Under the pieces are notes generated by a model, which searched no databases, was not told the DNA's origin, and saw nothing but the letters and a program-made list of their open reading frames with translations. DNA of 61,315 nucleotides, filler included. It is 6 parts of 6 records of this genome, joined end to end, with 100 filler letters (N's around TTAATTAATTAA, not from the genome) between each part and the next. Parts side by side here need not be neighbours in the genome. Positions count along the whole stretch, not along the records: positions 1 to 13,043 come from SRR7504441_882; positions 13,144 to 31,522 come from SRR7504441_885; 4 more parts are not named here. One strand, 5' to 3'. Shown here piece by piece: positions 10,401 through 23,000 of the stretch. Both the position numbers and the translations under genes were made by a program. Each line of letters starts with the position of its first letter. Within the stretch, counting starts at the first letter, position 1.

Positions 10401-12914
10401 GCATCACCATACCTGTTTGTAAAAAGAGCATCAAACCAACCGCCAGCGCTCTGACCTCTCAGGTAGAAGGCTCTGTCAGCGGCGTGTGCTGACTGGTGGT
10501 GGTGTGCAGGCGGCTGAAAATTTGCCTTTGGGCTGTCCACAGGAGCTCATGCTTGGCACAGAGATTGCTGCCTGCTGTCTGCTTCCTGGCCCTTCAAATC
10601 TGGTGACTTTGCTGACCAGTGGCAAGGTGCAGCGCTGGTGTGTCACAACTGGCAAAGAGCTCAACTCGCTGTACTATGCCAGCCTCGGACGCGGGCGCGA
10701 CATCCAGGCGGCGCGGCAGTGCGTGGCAGCTCTATTTGAGGGCGGCACGGTCCTGATCGCGTCAGCATTAACCCTCGAGCATCGGTGCACTCTCCGAATA
10801 CCCATATTGCCGCGGTGCATTGCTCTCACGAACGACGAGCAGCTGCTGTTGGGCACGGCAGAGGGCAGCGTGTGCAAGCTGGCATTGCGGCCTCTCGCCC
10901 GGCGGCGGATGTCTGCCCGCGTGCACCGGTCGCAGTCTCAACCGCTGCTCAGTGCGAGCGCGGGATCGCGAGGAGGTTCAAGACCTAGCGAGAAGGAACG
11001 GATTGACATCTCTCTACACGCACTCGAGCAGCAGACCGCCCACACAGGGCGAGTCAACTGGATCAGCTGCTCTAGTTCGGCAGCATTCGCAGCGAGTGCG
11101 TCCTCTGACAACACAGTAATCGTTCACTCGCTAGCTGAGCCTGGTAGGCATGTGCTGCTCCAGGGGCACACGGCCGCAGTGCTCTGCTGCTGCTGGCACC
11201 AGCACGATAAGCTGGTCTCTTCCTCCACCGATGGGACGGTCCGAATTTGGATGCGACAGAGCGCCTCCAGCTGGAAATTGGTGAGCATCTGGAATTCGGA
11301 GGGTAAAATGCAATGGGTGAGCAGCGCGGCTGGCCGGGTTACTCACAGGCTTTCAGGTGCGGTTCTGTCCAGACGGGAATAGAGTGATACACAGCGGGGC
11401 CGAGGGGGCGATTCTAGTCTCCCGGCAGGACGGCGACTTGCTGCAGTTTATCAAGGCGCATGGGCTGAGCAGCTCACGGCTGCCGAGCTTTGTGGTGGAC
11501 GACTCAGTGATTGTGGTCGGCCGACACTCCGTCAAGTGCTGGCAGGACGCAGTAGGCCGGCATGCCCATTCGGCGGGCGACGCACCCCACCAGGCGGTGA
11601 CCCGGCTAGTCCCGGCCGGGATAGCGGCACTGGCCAACTCGAGAGTCGTCTGCGCTTCCAAGCTTGGACTCGAAGCGTGGCACGTTTCATCGAGCGCCGG
11701 TGCTCAGACCCTCACACGCGATGCCGCGCTGATAGAAGCCACGGGCGGTAGCAAGCCGGTGACTGCGGTGGGCTCCTCTGAGGACGGCAGTCTGCTCGGG
11801 GTCGGGTATAGCGAGGAGCTGCGGCTGTGGCGGATGGACGGGCGGCAGATGGTAGAGTTTGGGTGCGTCAGGCGGCATAGAGATTCAATCGTGTGTGTGG
11901 CCTTCTCTCCCGACCGCTGCTTTGTGGCGACCAGCTCGAAGGACTCTAGCATCAAGCTGTATAGCCTCCCCGAGCTGTTAGAGACGGCCACTCTGGCCCA
12001 TGAAGCCCACCACTGTGTCGAGGTGCGGCAAGTAGCGTTCGATCAGGACTCAATCAGGTGTGCGCTCCCTAGATCGTTGCCAGCCCTGACTGGCTGGTGC
12101 TGTCAGATTAGCTTCGGTGACCACCGAGGGCCAGCTGACTGTATGGCTTGGGCGCCCGTTAGTCACCGAGCGGCTGGTCCGTTCAGACCACTCCGAGCAG
12201 CACCCAGCGAGCACCTGCACCGCCGCCAAGTTCGGGCCGAACAATCTGCTCGTCTCTTGCCACACCGACAGCACGTTGAGGGCTTGGCAAGCTGAGGACG
12301 GGGCCGACGGAGCTATTTGGGTCCAACTCCGCGAGTGGCGCGATGTGGGGATTGTCAAGTCGCTGGCTGTATTGCCGACCTGTGGCCCGCTACTTGTGGC
12401 GGCTCTGTCAGCCGAGACAGCCCTAGTGCTAGACCCGATGACGGGAAGAGAGGCGTGTCGGTTCAGTGCAACCGACACGTTGCGCGCCGTTTCCGCAGTC
12501 TGGCTGCCTGCAGGGATTCAGGAGGAGATGCATTTAATCCTGGGCGGCGTGCTTGTCTCGGACCTGGTCGTGCTTAGACTGATTGGCGCTAAGAGCGCCT
12601 CCGCCGTGTTTGCTCGAGCCCGTGGGCAGTACTCGGGTGCGGATGCAGAGCAAGCGCTTTCGAATGACCGGTGGCTCGGCGAGCGGCGGAGGCCTTGTCT
12701 GCGGGCATGGGAGCACTATGACGAGAGCAACGGCGGGGCGTGGCACGGGTACTCGAGCAGGGTGCAAGCGATCTTCCAAAGGAGCGAGCAGGCGGGGGTG
12801 GAGGTCTTGCAGTTCAGCTGCGCGAGCGGCGAGTACAAGGCTGATCTGCAACGGATGTTCCACGTTAACTTGCAGACTCGAATTAAGAGCAGGATGCGGC
12901 CGGTAATAAGTTGA
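7436..12914 (+). CDS. STAND/NLR-like protein with RWD-DUF4062-NACHT-WD40 repeats-WWE architecture (~1780 aa, 4 exons; NWD/TEP1-like core)
   Basis: RWD (EQEAAALGSILGDQF...GYPDAP); DUF4062 (LFVSSTFADFKAER...DLRW...CLQEVDRC...LLGQRYGW); Walker A GEHGSGKT; Walker B AIDSLDQL; WD repeats (GHTAAV...LVSSSTDGTVRIW; HRDSIVCVAFSPD...SSKDSSIKLY); WWE (WEHYDESNGGAWHGY...YKADLQRMFHVNLQT). Removing introns 10463-10509, 11317-11356 and 12058-12106 gives an open 5343-nt frame. Confidence 0.85.
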
Positions 12915-13043
12915 CCACACACATGTACTTACCTACGTAAAGATAAAACGCATAGGAGTCTGTTGCGCTACTTGACAATCTGACATGTTGAAAACTCTCA
13001 ATATCTGACTTATCTCCTCGGCCGGTCGGTTGAGGGCGGCGAT

Positions 13044-13143
13044 NNNNNNNNNNNNNNNNNNNNNNNNNNNNNNNNNNNNNNNNNNNNTTAATTAATTAAN
13101 NNNNNNNNNNNNNNNNNNNNNNNNNNNNNNNNNNNNNNNNNNN
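13044..13143. other. Artificial contig-joining linker
   Basis: N run + TTAATTAATTAA (stops in all six frames) + N run, 100 nt. Confidence 0.98.
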
Positions 13144-14505
13144 CAGCAGTGCAGAGAATGCCAGCAGCAGCAATGGTACTATCAACCAGACGGCGGCGCC
13201 GTCTTTAGCACCCACAGTCAATAGTACCAGTGCTCCATCACACCAGCCGACCCAGAGGCCTTGCGTGGTCCCAAGCTACGGAGAATGGAAGTCTGGCTAC
13301 GGCGACTGCACTACTTATGCTGATGGCGGCGCGAACAATGCATTCTGTGGGAAGGCAAGTGAAATGGATCGAGAAGAAGTACGTGTGGACGATGCATGTG
13401 CTCAGTGCGGCCACTGCAGTGCTGCGGCCACAGTCCAGACTCGACGGCCCACAGGCGAGCCCACGCACCAACCCACACCACAACCTACACCACAGCCCTC
13501 GATGCGCAGCAAGTGTCTGGCCCCAGACAGCAATACGACTTGCTCAGGCCACGGCAATTGCATAGGCGATTCTTGCTTCTGTGAAATTGACGGTGGCTAC
13601 CAAATGCCGTATTGCGGTACCAGCGCCTGCTCAGAGCTGTTTGATGTGTGCTTTGCTTGCAGCTGAATCCCCTTGCCGTGGAGGCTGCTCCGGGCATGGA
13701 ATCTGCGAGACTGCCACAGGCTTCTGCCAGTGTCAGTTCAGGTGCTCCTCCTGTTGACTTTAGTGCTCACCTGACTGGCAGATGGGCCGGCATTGCGTGC
13801 AGTGTTCCAGTGCCCCGCAATTGCCCCGGAAATTGCTCGTGGCCACAGGGCGGGACATGCGATCCCAAGTTCGGACAGTGCGATTGCAACCCCGGTTTTG
13901 AAGGTGTGGACTGTGGGATGACTATAGCCAAGAGCTGCCCTTCAGCGGTCGTAGGCCAAGTATGCTCGAACCGTGGAATCTGCGATGCGTCCACTGGAAC
14001 TTGTATCTGCAACAAGGGCTACAGTGGACCAGGCTGCTCGAAGGGTTGCCCAGCATTTTGCAATGGGCATGGCGATTGCAACGAGGCCACCGGCTGGTGC
14101 AACTGCTTTGATGGCTTCATCGGTGTGAGCTGTGATGCCAAGCCCGTGTGCGATAGCGTAGACTGCAGTGGGCATGGGTACTGTCTTGCAGAGAGCGGCC
14201 AGGCTGTGTGTCACTGCGACTCGCTGTACTATGGTGAGTACTGCGAGCTCAAGATGCAAACCGAGCAGCCGACCACCTCCTCACCCACCCGGGCTGAGGT
14301 GGACCTGTCAGAAAAGAATCTGGATAGCGAGGTCTCACAGATGCGCTGGCGATCAACCACGCTTGTGTACTGGCTCGTTGGGGCTGGGGCTACATTGATA
14401 GTAATAGGCATTGCGCTTTTCTGCTTCTGCCGTCGACAGCATACTGGGGGGTACCGACAGGCTAGCATGAAAGAAGTCTACGTCGAGCTCTCACAGTCAG
14501 GGTGA
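13144..14505 (+). CDS. EGF-repeat (tenascin-type) single-pass membrane protein, 5' partial
   Basis: Repeated CSGHGxC...CxCxxGxxGxxC units, a PT-rich linker and TM segment LVYWLVGAGATLIVIGIALFCFC followed by RR; intron 13617-13662 and one near 13742-13780 restore the EGF spacing. Confidence 0.8.
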
Positions 14506-14944
14506 GCAGCGCACCACAGTCCTGATGATATCTCACCGTGTGCTATGCAGCGATTCCTCATGGGGACTTTGATGCTTGCTCGACGCTCATACTTTTTATA
14601 TCTCACATTTTATATATCTAGGGCTCCATGCCAATCATTCAAACTATAGTCACTTGTGTGGACTGTGGAGCACGAGTATAGTCTAACGTTATCTTTATAG
14701 AGGACTTCTAGATCCTTTCTGTTACCTTTCTGTTCAAAATAATTTCATTACAGCTACATGTATCAGTACCAGGGTTTTCCATTGTTTATTGAGGGCACTC
14801 GATAAACACTTAATTCCGTCTACAGCTAGAGCAATCGTGTATCAATTTTTTCAGGTTTTCAGGCAAGTTCCACCCTTTTAAGCTTCCCGGCCCTGCAATA
14901 ATCTTGTCAGCTCGGTGAGGCTGGTGCGCGACGGCGTGAGAGCG

Positions 14945-16496
14945 ATGCTGCGCTGCTCCGCCGGGGTGCTGTGGATCGCTGTGGCCGCAGCACTCGAGCA
15001 CTGCACCGAGACGCTGACGCTCCGGCCCCTGCCGCCCCGTGCTGGCCTCATGGTAGCCCACTACTCCGCCCGGTGCACCCGGCCTTCCACTGGCCCGCGC
15101 AGCTTCACGGCCTTTCCCCGCGGACTGGCCCGGATCGCCGAGCAGGTCCAGGCCCGCCAGTTCACTGCGCGGCTAGCTCGTGGGCGCTGGAGGCCGAGCT
15201 GGGGCTCGCCCGAGCTGGCCGACCGGACCCAGATCCAGGCGCCGGTCGGAGCCGAGCTCGAAGCCGAGTTCGAGCCTCCGGCCGAGCAGGCGGCCGCCCG
15301 GTGGGGCCTGCTGGCGCAAGCAGTAGGCGGACTCACCTGCGGCTCGTTCAATCTGCTCCAGACTGGCTGGGCCCAGACCGGCGGGCGGCTGTATGGGGTG
15401 CTGCCCAGAGAGGCGGTCTGTACAGAGAATCTGACCCCCTGGCTCAAAATGCTCCCATGCACCGGTGGGCTCAGCGATGGGCCTGAGCTGATCGACGGGC
15501 CAGGGGTGGCAGGGCTGGCCCAGCTGCTCTCACCGCGCGTGCTGTTCAACTCGAGTTTCCACGCCATGTGCGGCCGTGCCCCCCCGGCTGCTGATCAGTT
15601 GCAGGGTCATCCAGCTCGCCAGCCAGCCAGGAGAGCTGCACGCCACGCTCAACTTCACAGCCGTGGTGGAGCCCAGCCGCCCACTCGTGCACCCATATGG
15701 CTTGTGGCTTCCGGCCAATCAGAAGGACCAGAAGTCGTTCCGACAGTGTGGCGGAATGACATCATCCCAAGTAAGGATCGAGCTTCCAACCGGCGAGGTG
15801 AAACAGGGCCCAGACCCCGGTCTAAGTCAGGCCGAGCTGGAGCAACTCGAGCTGCACTGGGCCTCTGAGCCGGCTGGCAACTCACACGCTTTGGTATCGC
15901 AGCACGTAGCAGAGCTGGATGGGCTTTACGCGACGCTCGTGCTCACCATAAGTGTCCCAGCAGAGCGCTCAGCAGGGCTCCGGCTGCTCCAAGTAATTCC
16001 ATGGTGGCTCCGACCACATTTTCATACTCTGCAAGAGGCTAGCAGCTGCCACGTGACAGACCGGCATATTGTTGCTGGGCTGGACCGGGGCCGGCCGAGT
16101 CAGCTCGAGCTTGAGCTGCAGCCCGAGCCCGACGGCTGTGTGGTGCAGCTGCGGGTCGAAAGGGGCTTCCTCCGATTAGACGAGTATCCTCCAGATCCAT
16201 CTCGTGGTATGGATCTACCTGCAGCAGTCTTGTCAGGCCCAGGCTTTCGGATATACTCGGGATCTTCGTTGGTTATGCTGCCCAAGCCAGACTTTAGTAT
16301 GCCTTTCAATGTGATCACCTATATTTTCACCTTGCTGGCGTTATTCAGTGGCAGTATTGTAAACATTATTCTTGAGAAGCCATCAGCGCCGGTGGGATCA
16401 GAACCTCAGAAGAGTCGAATACAGGTGGTGAGAGAGAAAATCATGAAATGGTGGAGAAAGCCAGCAGCCGGGGCAACTAGCACGCGGCTTGATTGA
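14945..16496 (+). CDS. PIGT: GPI transamidase subunit PIG-T/Gpi16
   Basis: Signal peptide; conserved EAVCTENLTPWLKMLPC, YPPDPSRGMDLP and PKPDFSMPFNVI followed by a TM helix; short introns near 15465 and 15568. Confidence 0.92.
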
Positions 16497-16833
16497 GTAC
16501 TTAAATCATTGTTCAACTAGGTTTCGAACAATCATTAAGGACGCTATTCATACGCTATTCATGAGTATGCAGGACTTCTGGACTAGATCTTTGCGTCTTT
16601 GAGGCATAGATTATGTATCCATTATCCAATCATGGCGAGTTGTGTTGTCAATTTGTCATGATGATTGTACTCTCTCGAAGCCCCTCAAAGCCGAGTCTAA
16701 ATATACAAATACTTGATAGTAAACAGTTAACTACACTACTACACGTAGCAGATGGTCAATTGGCTACTAATAAATGGATTTATTGTTGGATGTGTATTGG
16801 CCATACACGTAATAGAGTGACATCTCCTCATGA

Positions 16834-18261
16834 TTAGACTGGAATTTGAGCTAACGTGTCTTTCTCCATCTTCTCATATTTCTTTTCCTCGTCATCTTTT
16901 AGCTCCATTCCAGGAACTCCGACCATCTTCGCTGGATCCATTTCCTCATCCATATCAGGAGCACCTGATGCATATCGTAAATCGTACATTTCGTCATCAT
17001 TCCCATTGAAGTTGGCTTTCACATTTGGATCAAGCAGTATGCTATTGGGTGAATGTGGCAGACTAGAGTCATCATCGACACCCAGAGTGATTGTCACAGG
17101 AGGCCCAGCTTTAGCTTCAACGGTCCCACTTTTGCTTTGCGCCAGCAATTTCTCATACAGCTTCTGTGCCTCTGGACTAGTGACAACCTTAGAATGCTTT
17201 TCATCTTTGAAGTCAGTGCGCATCCCCTCACGATATTTGCCCTCATATTTTCTAAAATCTGTGTGGAATTGCTGATCAGCCGCTTCGTGCTGACGCACAG
17301 CTTTCACAAAGATCTCAGCAACCTTCCATGCTGGCTGCTTTTTTAGTGTCTTCACATTGAGCTCCAGTGGCTCCATCTTCCCGGTCTTCTTCAGGGCTTT
17401 GTATTGCTTCTCCTTCGCTGCGAGCTTCTGCTCCTGCTGAACATCGCCTTTGGCAGACCTTTCCATTGATTGAAATGAAGGACTATTCTGCGGGTTGAAA
17501 TCCGTCTCATGGTTATCGTACTTGAACTGCCGGTCCTTGATGAGCTTGTCGTCTTCTGCATCCTTTTCTTCCTTCTTCTTTCTCTTATAATTCTTTTCTG
17601 TCTCGACTGGGTCGTCTGTGGTGTCTTTCTCCTCTGCTTTGGGCGCTTCTGGTGGCTTCAACTTTGCTTCAATTGCAGCCATTTCTGCCTGGTGTGCGTC
17701 GTCCGCCTTAACTTCAGCTTGCTGATCGGCATACAACTTGGCCCACTCGCCTGGTCCATCATCCTTGAACTTGCTCAATTTCTGCTGAAAATCCTTCTCG
17801 TGCTCCGAGTTGGATAGATGTTTATTCGCCTTCTTAAGCTCTGCCTCGGACTTTGTCAGGGTCTCGCGGTCATCGGCCGACACGTCCGCCATCTTCTTAT
17901 TTCCTACCGTGTTGGCAGCATCGATGTACGCTGCCACCGCATTGTGCACCTGCTGGCTGTTGTCCGCCTGCCCTACAGTCTGCCTCTTGTCCTGCGTGCT
18001 CATCTCTTTGTCATGCGCGACCGGGATAAAGTTCCCGGCACGGGTGCGCGAGGCCGCTTTGTCGTGTTCGGAGTCTTCCACAAGACCGCCGAAGTGCCGA
18101 TCGTCTTTGGGGCTTGGATGCGGCAACACCACTTTCTCGCCGCTTTCATCCATGTCTAGCATCACGACGGTAGGCTCCATCGGCTGCGGCGAGGTGCTGA
18201 CAGACATCGCACACGCCCCGCATGCGAGAAGCACAACCAGTCCACATTCCCCGCGCCTCAT
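16834..18261 (-). CDS. Secreted, highly charged (K/D/E-rich) protein of unknown function, ~475 aa, intronless
   Basis: Signal-peptide-like MRRGECGLVVLLACGACA; long open frame with protein-like composition. Confidence 0.7.
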   Translation of the reverse strand: MRRGECGLVVLLACGACAMSVSTSPQPMEPTVVMLDMDESGEKVVLPHPSPKDDRHFGGLVEDSEHDKAASRTRAGNFIPVAHDKEMSTQDKRQTVGQADNSQQVHNAVAAYIDAANTVGNKKMADVSADDRETLTKSEAELKKANKHLSNSEHEKDFQQKLSKFKDDGPGEWAKLYADQQAEVKADDAHQAEMAAIEAKLKPPEAPKAEEKDTTDDPVETEKNYKRKKKEEKDAEDDKLIKDRQFKYDNHETDFNPQNSPSFQSMERSAKGDVQQEQKLAAKEKQYKALKKTGKMEPLELNVKTLKKQPAWKVAEIFVKAVRQHEAADQQFHTDFRKYEGKYREGMRTDFKDEKHSKVVTSPEAQKLYEKLLAQSKSGTVEAKAGPPVTITLGVDDDSSLPHSPNSILLDPNVKANFNGNDDEMYDLRYASGAPDMDEEMDPAKMVGVPGMELKDDEEKKYEKMEKDTLAQIPV

Positions 18262-18479
18262 GCTCAACCCCGCTTCAGGCCCACCCCCTCGCCATCCGGG
18301 ATCGCGCTGTGATCGGATGTAATAATGATATAATGATAAATAAAAATAAAGCCTTACCGTTGCTCGCCAGCACGCAGGGCGCTGCCTGGGCTCCACCAAG
18401 TTCAGCAGGGCCTCGTCCTTACGATCGGCGCCCAAGGCAATCCAGGGTCCGGGCGGCCGCTAACAACCCGGCCGGACTG

Positions 18480-19862
18480 ATGAGAAGCAACCATACGGCG
18501 CTACGGCGACAGGCGCTAGTGGACCCGGGGGACCCGATGGTGGGATCGATCGCGCACCTGCACCAGCTGCTTTCGCACAGCGCCCGCCCAGCCCGCCCAC
18601 ACCTAGAGCCACCCCCGCCCCAGCCCGACCAGACCGAGGAGGCCGCTGCCCAGGCCGCTGCCCAAGCCGCGGAGGCAGATCGGAGAAAGACAGCCGAGGA
18701 GGCCGCTTCGCGCGAGGCGGAGGCGGCGAGGGCAGTGGCAGAGGTGGCAGCTGTGAAGGAGAGCGACGCGATGCAGGCTGCCAAGGATGCCCAGCCCGAG
18801 GAGGAGGGTGCAAGCTCCAAACAGGAGACGCTGGTCGAGTCCTTGTGGCTGCTGATGGAGGCTCGACGGCTGCAGCGAATGGCCGACGATCCGCTCTCAG
18901 CCTTGGTGCAGCAATGGAGGACAGAACAGAAAGCCAGCCCTGTGACGATGCCGACTCCCGCACCGGCCAGACTAGAGCGTCAGGCCCGCCAACACCGAGA
19001 GCACAACAGAGCTGAGCAGCAGCCGGCACGACACTGCTGGAACACGGGCCATCCGGCGGCGGGCAGTTCCTCTGGTCCAGAGAATGCGACGAGCTATTGC
19101 TGGGGACGTGGCGGGCGGGCCGACACCGTGCGACGAGGCTACTGCTTTGCTGATGGGCACGATTCCCGTGTGGCAGCACAGCCAGCCAAGTCAATTCGGC
19201 CGGAGCTGACAGATGCCCTGATGGATATGATGACTTTGCAGGAAGAGAATCAGAATGAGCTTGACCGCTTGACTGCCATGGAGGTCTCAGCCCGACTGCG
19301 GGCGGAGCAAGCCGAGGCTCGACTTTCCATGCTGGAGCGCACTCAGGGACCACACGGGAACAGGTGGCGGCAGCAGGCCGCGCCCGAGACCCCCTCAGCA
19401 GTACGAGTGGTGCGCCAACCTAGTTTGAAGCTGCCTGCGGCAATCGCAAAGGAGATGGTCCACCAGAAGGCTCAGTTGAGCCAACTGCGAGTGCCAACAA
19501 GCAAGCCCCGACTCAAGCGCATGGCCGCAAGCAGGACAGTAGAGGTTCAGCCTGACTTGTTGGGCAGTGCATTTGCACGTGGGTTCGAGGAAAGGCTACA
19601 GGAGCTCACACTGCAAGAGCTCGGGCAAATCAAGCGCGGTATGCACGAGCCCTGGATTGAATCGTGGGACGCCGCCAGCCACGTGCTCGGATTTAGTCCA
19701 ATAATCCAGACGGACTCCGGTGCTGCACCACTGACTGTCCACTCGCACAATGGGAGCCTCGAAATAGGAGAAGGCGGTGTGACCGATGTACAGACCTCAA
19801 GAGAGAGGTCGATGGAGAGGTCTCCGGGCCACGATGTGGCAGAGACAATTCTCGTCGTTTAG
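18480..19862 (+). CDS. Hypothetical protein with Ala/Glu-rich coiled-coil segments (start uncertain)
   Basis: Long ORF 18222..19862; first plausible ATG after the AT-rich spacer is at 18480. Confidence 0.55.
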   Translation: MRSNHTALRRQALVDPGDPMVGSIAHLHQLLSHSARPARPHLEPPPPQPDQTEEAAAQAAAQAAEADRRKTAEEAASREAEAARAVAEVAAVKESDAMQAAKDAQPEEEGASSKQETLVESLWLLMEARRLQRMADDPLSALVQQWRTEQKASPVTMPTPAPARLERQARQHREHNRAEQQPARHCWNTGHPAAGSSSGPENATSYCWGRGGRADTVRRGYCFADGHDSRVAAQPAKSIRPELTDALMDMMTLQEENQNELDRLTAMEVSARLRAEQAEARLSMLERTQGPHGNRWRQQAAPETPSAVRVVRQPSLKLPAAIAKEMVHQKAQLSQLRVPTSKPRLKRMAASRTVEVQPDLLGSAFARGFEERLQELTLQELGQIKRGMHEPWIESWDAASHVLGFSPIIQTDSGAAPLTVHSHNGSLEIGEGGVTDVQTSRERSMERSPGHDVAETILVV

Positions 19863-20056
19863 TCACGAGCTTTGAGTTGAGTAAAAATCGTTACGTGAAC
19901 ATGAGCTAGATAGACGTCTGGTGCTCTGAAGCATCCATGAGCACTCGGACCTCTGGATCCGGGACTCCCCAGCTGCTCCAGCTGGAGGCCTGGAGCCGCA
20001 GCTCGCCAGCTGCCAAGGTTCAGCTGCATCGACGTCCGTTATTGGCGGTTATTCAG

Positions 20057-23000
20057 ATGGCAGGGAACTCACCAGGGGGTGGTGCAGACCCTCGGTTCCT
20101 GCAGGCCAAGCTGCGGCAGGCCGTCGCGTTGGCAGCCAAGCTCCGACGGGAGGGCCGGCTGTCTGAGGCGCGTGAAGTGGATGGGATGGTGGCCACATTG
20201 GAGCGCGGGGTCCAGCTCAGCAGCCAGGGCCCGTCGGCCAAACCCACCGCGCCCCCGCCCCCGCCTGGCCCCCCACCGAGCAAAGCCGAGCGCGTGCCAT
20301 GGGATCCGACCCAGGCCGAGCCAGAGCAGCTGCACCAGGTCTGTGCGGAGGTGATGGCCATCGCAGGTCGGAGCACCGGCTCTGTGACCAAGTTGGGGCT
20401 TGGGGCCTACCTGCCCGCCTCGCCATACGCTGAGCTGGGCCAGTGGCTGCTCCGCCGGTTCTTTGAGTACGACGCTGACCACGACGGGGCCCTCCAGCTT
20501 CCGGAGCTGCGCACCGCGGTCAGCGACTTCCGGCAGGCGGCGCTGGAGGCAGGGGAGCAGCACGAGCGGCCAGCCGCCAGGAGCAAGCCGCGCGCCCGGT
20601 CAGCCCGGGGTGCCCGGCCGAGCGGGTCGGCGGTCCAGCTCCGGAAGCAGCTGCAGGAAAGGGTCAGTCCGCAGATGCAGCGCCAGATCCGGCGACGGCT
20701 GGAGCACTACCCAGCAACGGCAGCGGAGCCCGAGCCAGCAGCTGCCGACAGCGGGGACACAGGCAGTGCCTCGCCGGAGCCGGAGTTCCGCACGCCGCAG
20801 GAGCGGCCGGGCAAGGGCATGGCTGTGTCCCGCGGGCTCGGGATGCTCGGGACGATATGCGGGCTGGCCGACCAAGCCGGGGACGGCTTCGATCAAATGC
20901 TAAATCAAGTCATGGCCGGTCAGCCGCCCGAGCCGCCCTCGGCGCACGAGGTGCAGCTGGCTGGACAGCTGTCGAGCTGGGGCACTCGGACGGGCTCGTC
21001 GCCGTCCGCTCTGGTGCCCAGTTGGGAGTCCAGCGACCGGCTCACGCCACGAGCCGAGTCACCTGAGCCGCCGTTCGTGACCCCGCGGGTGCCGGAGAGC
21101 CCGATCGTGGGCGAGCTGCTCGAGGCCGAGCAGAGCCCGGAGGCCGGGCCGAGCCCTGCGGAGAGTGAGACTGTGGAGTCCAAGCAGCTGGTGGCCAGTT
21201 CGGGGCTGTTCAGCCGAATCGAGGAGTTTGACTTCAACATACCGTGCAGCCAGCTGAGCGAGGCCGCGCTGGAAGGGCTGGTAGACCAGGTGAGGCAGTT
21301 TGTGGACAGCACCGGCGAGCAGCTGCACGTGCTGCCTTCGTCCAACCGGAGGGTGAGGAAGAAACTGCTGCACTGCCGGCAGCACGCGAGCAGGCAGCTG
21401 AGACTGCTCGAGGCAATCCGGGCGGGAGGCCAGATCCAGGTCGAGCTGCACGACGTGTTCGTGCAGCCTGAGCTCTGGCCCGGGGTGCTCGTGAACAAGG
21501 CGGCTACTGCGATCTCGGGCGGCTGGTTTGCCCAGGTGTCTGGCGGTCATGATTGGCTGGCTAACACTAGTGGTACAGGGGCAGGTATCCGGGGGTCTGA
21601 TATCCGACAAGACACGCCTCAAGAGCGTCAACTTGTTCCAAGTGGTGCAGCAGGCATCAGCTGGTGGCTGGCTGGCTGCTCACTGGCTGGCAACAGATCA
21701 TGCAGCAGCATCCTCAGTTTGCGATCGACCCAGTCCTGGCCAAGCACAAATACTCGCCGCCTCTGCTGCCTGGGCTACCTGAGGCCGACCAAGCCGCTCT
21801 GTTTGCCGACACTTCGGTCGGGTTTAGAGTCAAGTTGTTGCACAAGACACTCAACAAAATGAGGCGTGAAAGTGGTCTCGAATCCAAGCTGGGTTCGATG
21901 GAAAGCCTGCAGGCGATTGTGTTTGAGCTCATCAAAGACGGTGTCGATGTAGCCGCTCTGGGCGAGGATGGCAAGAGTCCCCTGCAACTTGCACTGGAGC
22001 TGCCTGTGCCGTACAGTGTTCATATTGGGCTGCAGCTGCTAAGGCACGGGGCGCTCAAGCCGAGTCAAAATATGCAGGTTGGCACGGAGCATCCCTTCAA
22101 CATGGCATTTTCCGCAATGGCACGTGCAGCAGAGCCCGACAAAGAGCTGCTCTCGCTGCTTGTGGTGGCGATGATTGCGAATGGAATGCCGCTGGAGGAT
22201 TCAGAGGGCCACGAGATCCCAATCCCTGCAGGAGCACCACTTGAGCTCGCATCCAAAGCTGGGCAACTTAAAGTGGTCGAAGCTGTGCTTGCTCACACTC
22301 AACGTGTTCCAGAGTTGGCGTTACACTCAGCAGTGTCAGAGCTGGCTCAGCTGTGCTCCGACAAGTATCTCGGGCTGTCTGGCGGAGGTCAAGCCGAAGC
22401 CATCAAGACGCGGATGGTGTTTCTGGATGAGCTGTGCTCAACACTGCTCGAAGCAGGCGCCAAGGTACCAGATGCATTTTGACCGTGCTAATGGTTTGTT
22501 GCAGGTGGACACTGTGGTTGGTGGTTGCACAGCTCTGGACCTGGCAGTGGATTGTGGCTACAAGGCTCTGGCAGTAGCGCTGCTGGCTCACGCAGCACAC
22601 CCCAATGGTGGCAATTTACACTCCCTCCCTCACTACATTGTACAAGAGATGGCCATCAACACTGATCAGAGCCGAGCAGTGTTTCTGGAGCAGATGCTGA
22701 TGCTGCTGGTTGCATACGGTGCTGAGGTCAACAAGCAGGATGAGGGTGGGCTCCTGATGGAGCAGCTGTTGCGCTGTGGCAACCGATCCGGAGTGGAGAT
22801 GGTTCTTGCAGCACCGCAGCTAGAGCTGGATATTCATCTCAGTGCTGCAGCTCAGTTTGTGGCTGAGAGTGATCCAATCACTGAGCTTGGCACTGACACA
22901 ATGTGCCTGTTGCTAAGGAAGGGTGCCGAGCTCAAGGACTGCGACGCCCTGCTTGCTTCTCTGATTACGCACCCTGCTTCCAGCGAGGAGCTTGTCATGT

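Noticed and set aside
12925-12935. TACTTACCT resembling the U1 5' end
   Set aside because: No downstream U1 stem-loops or Sm site; it lies in a 3' flank
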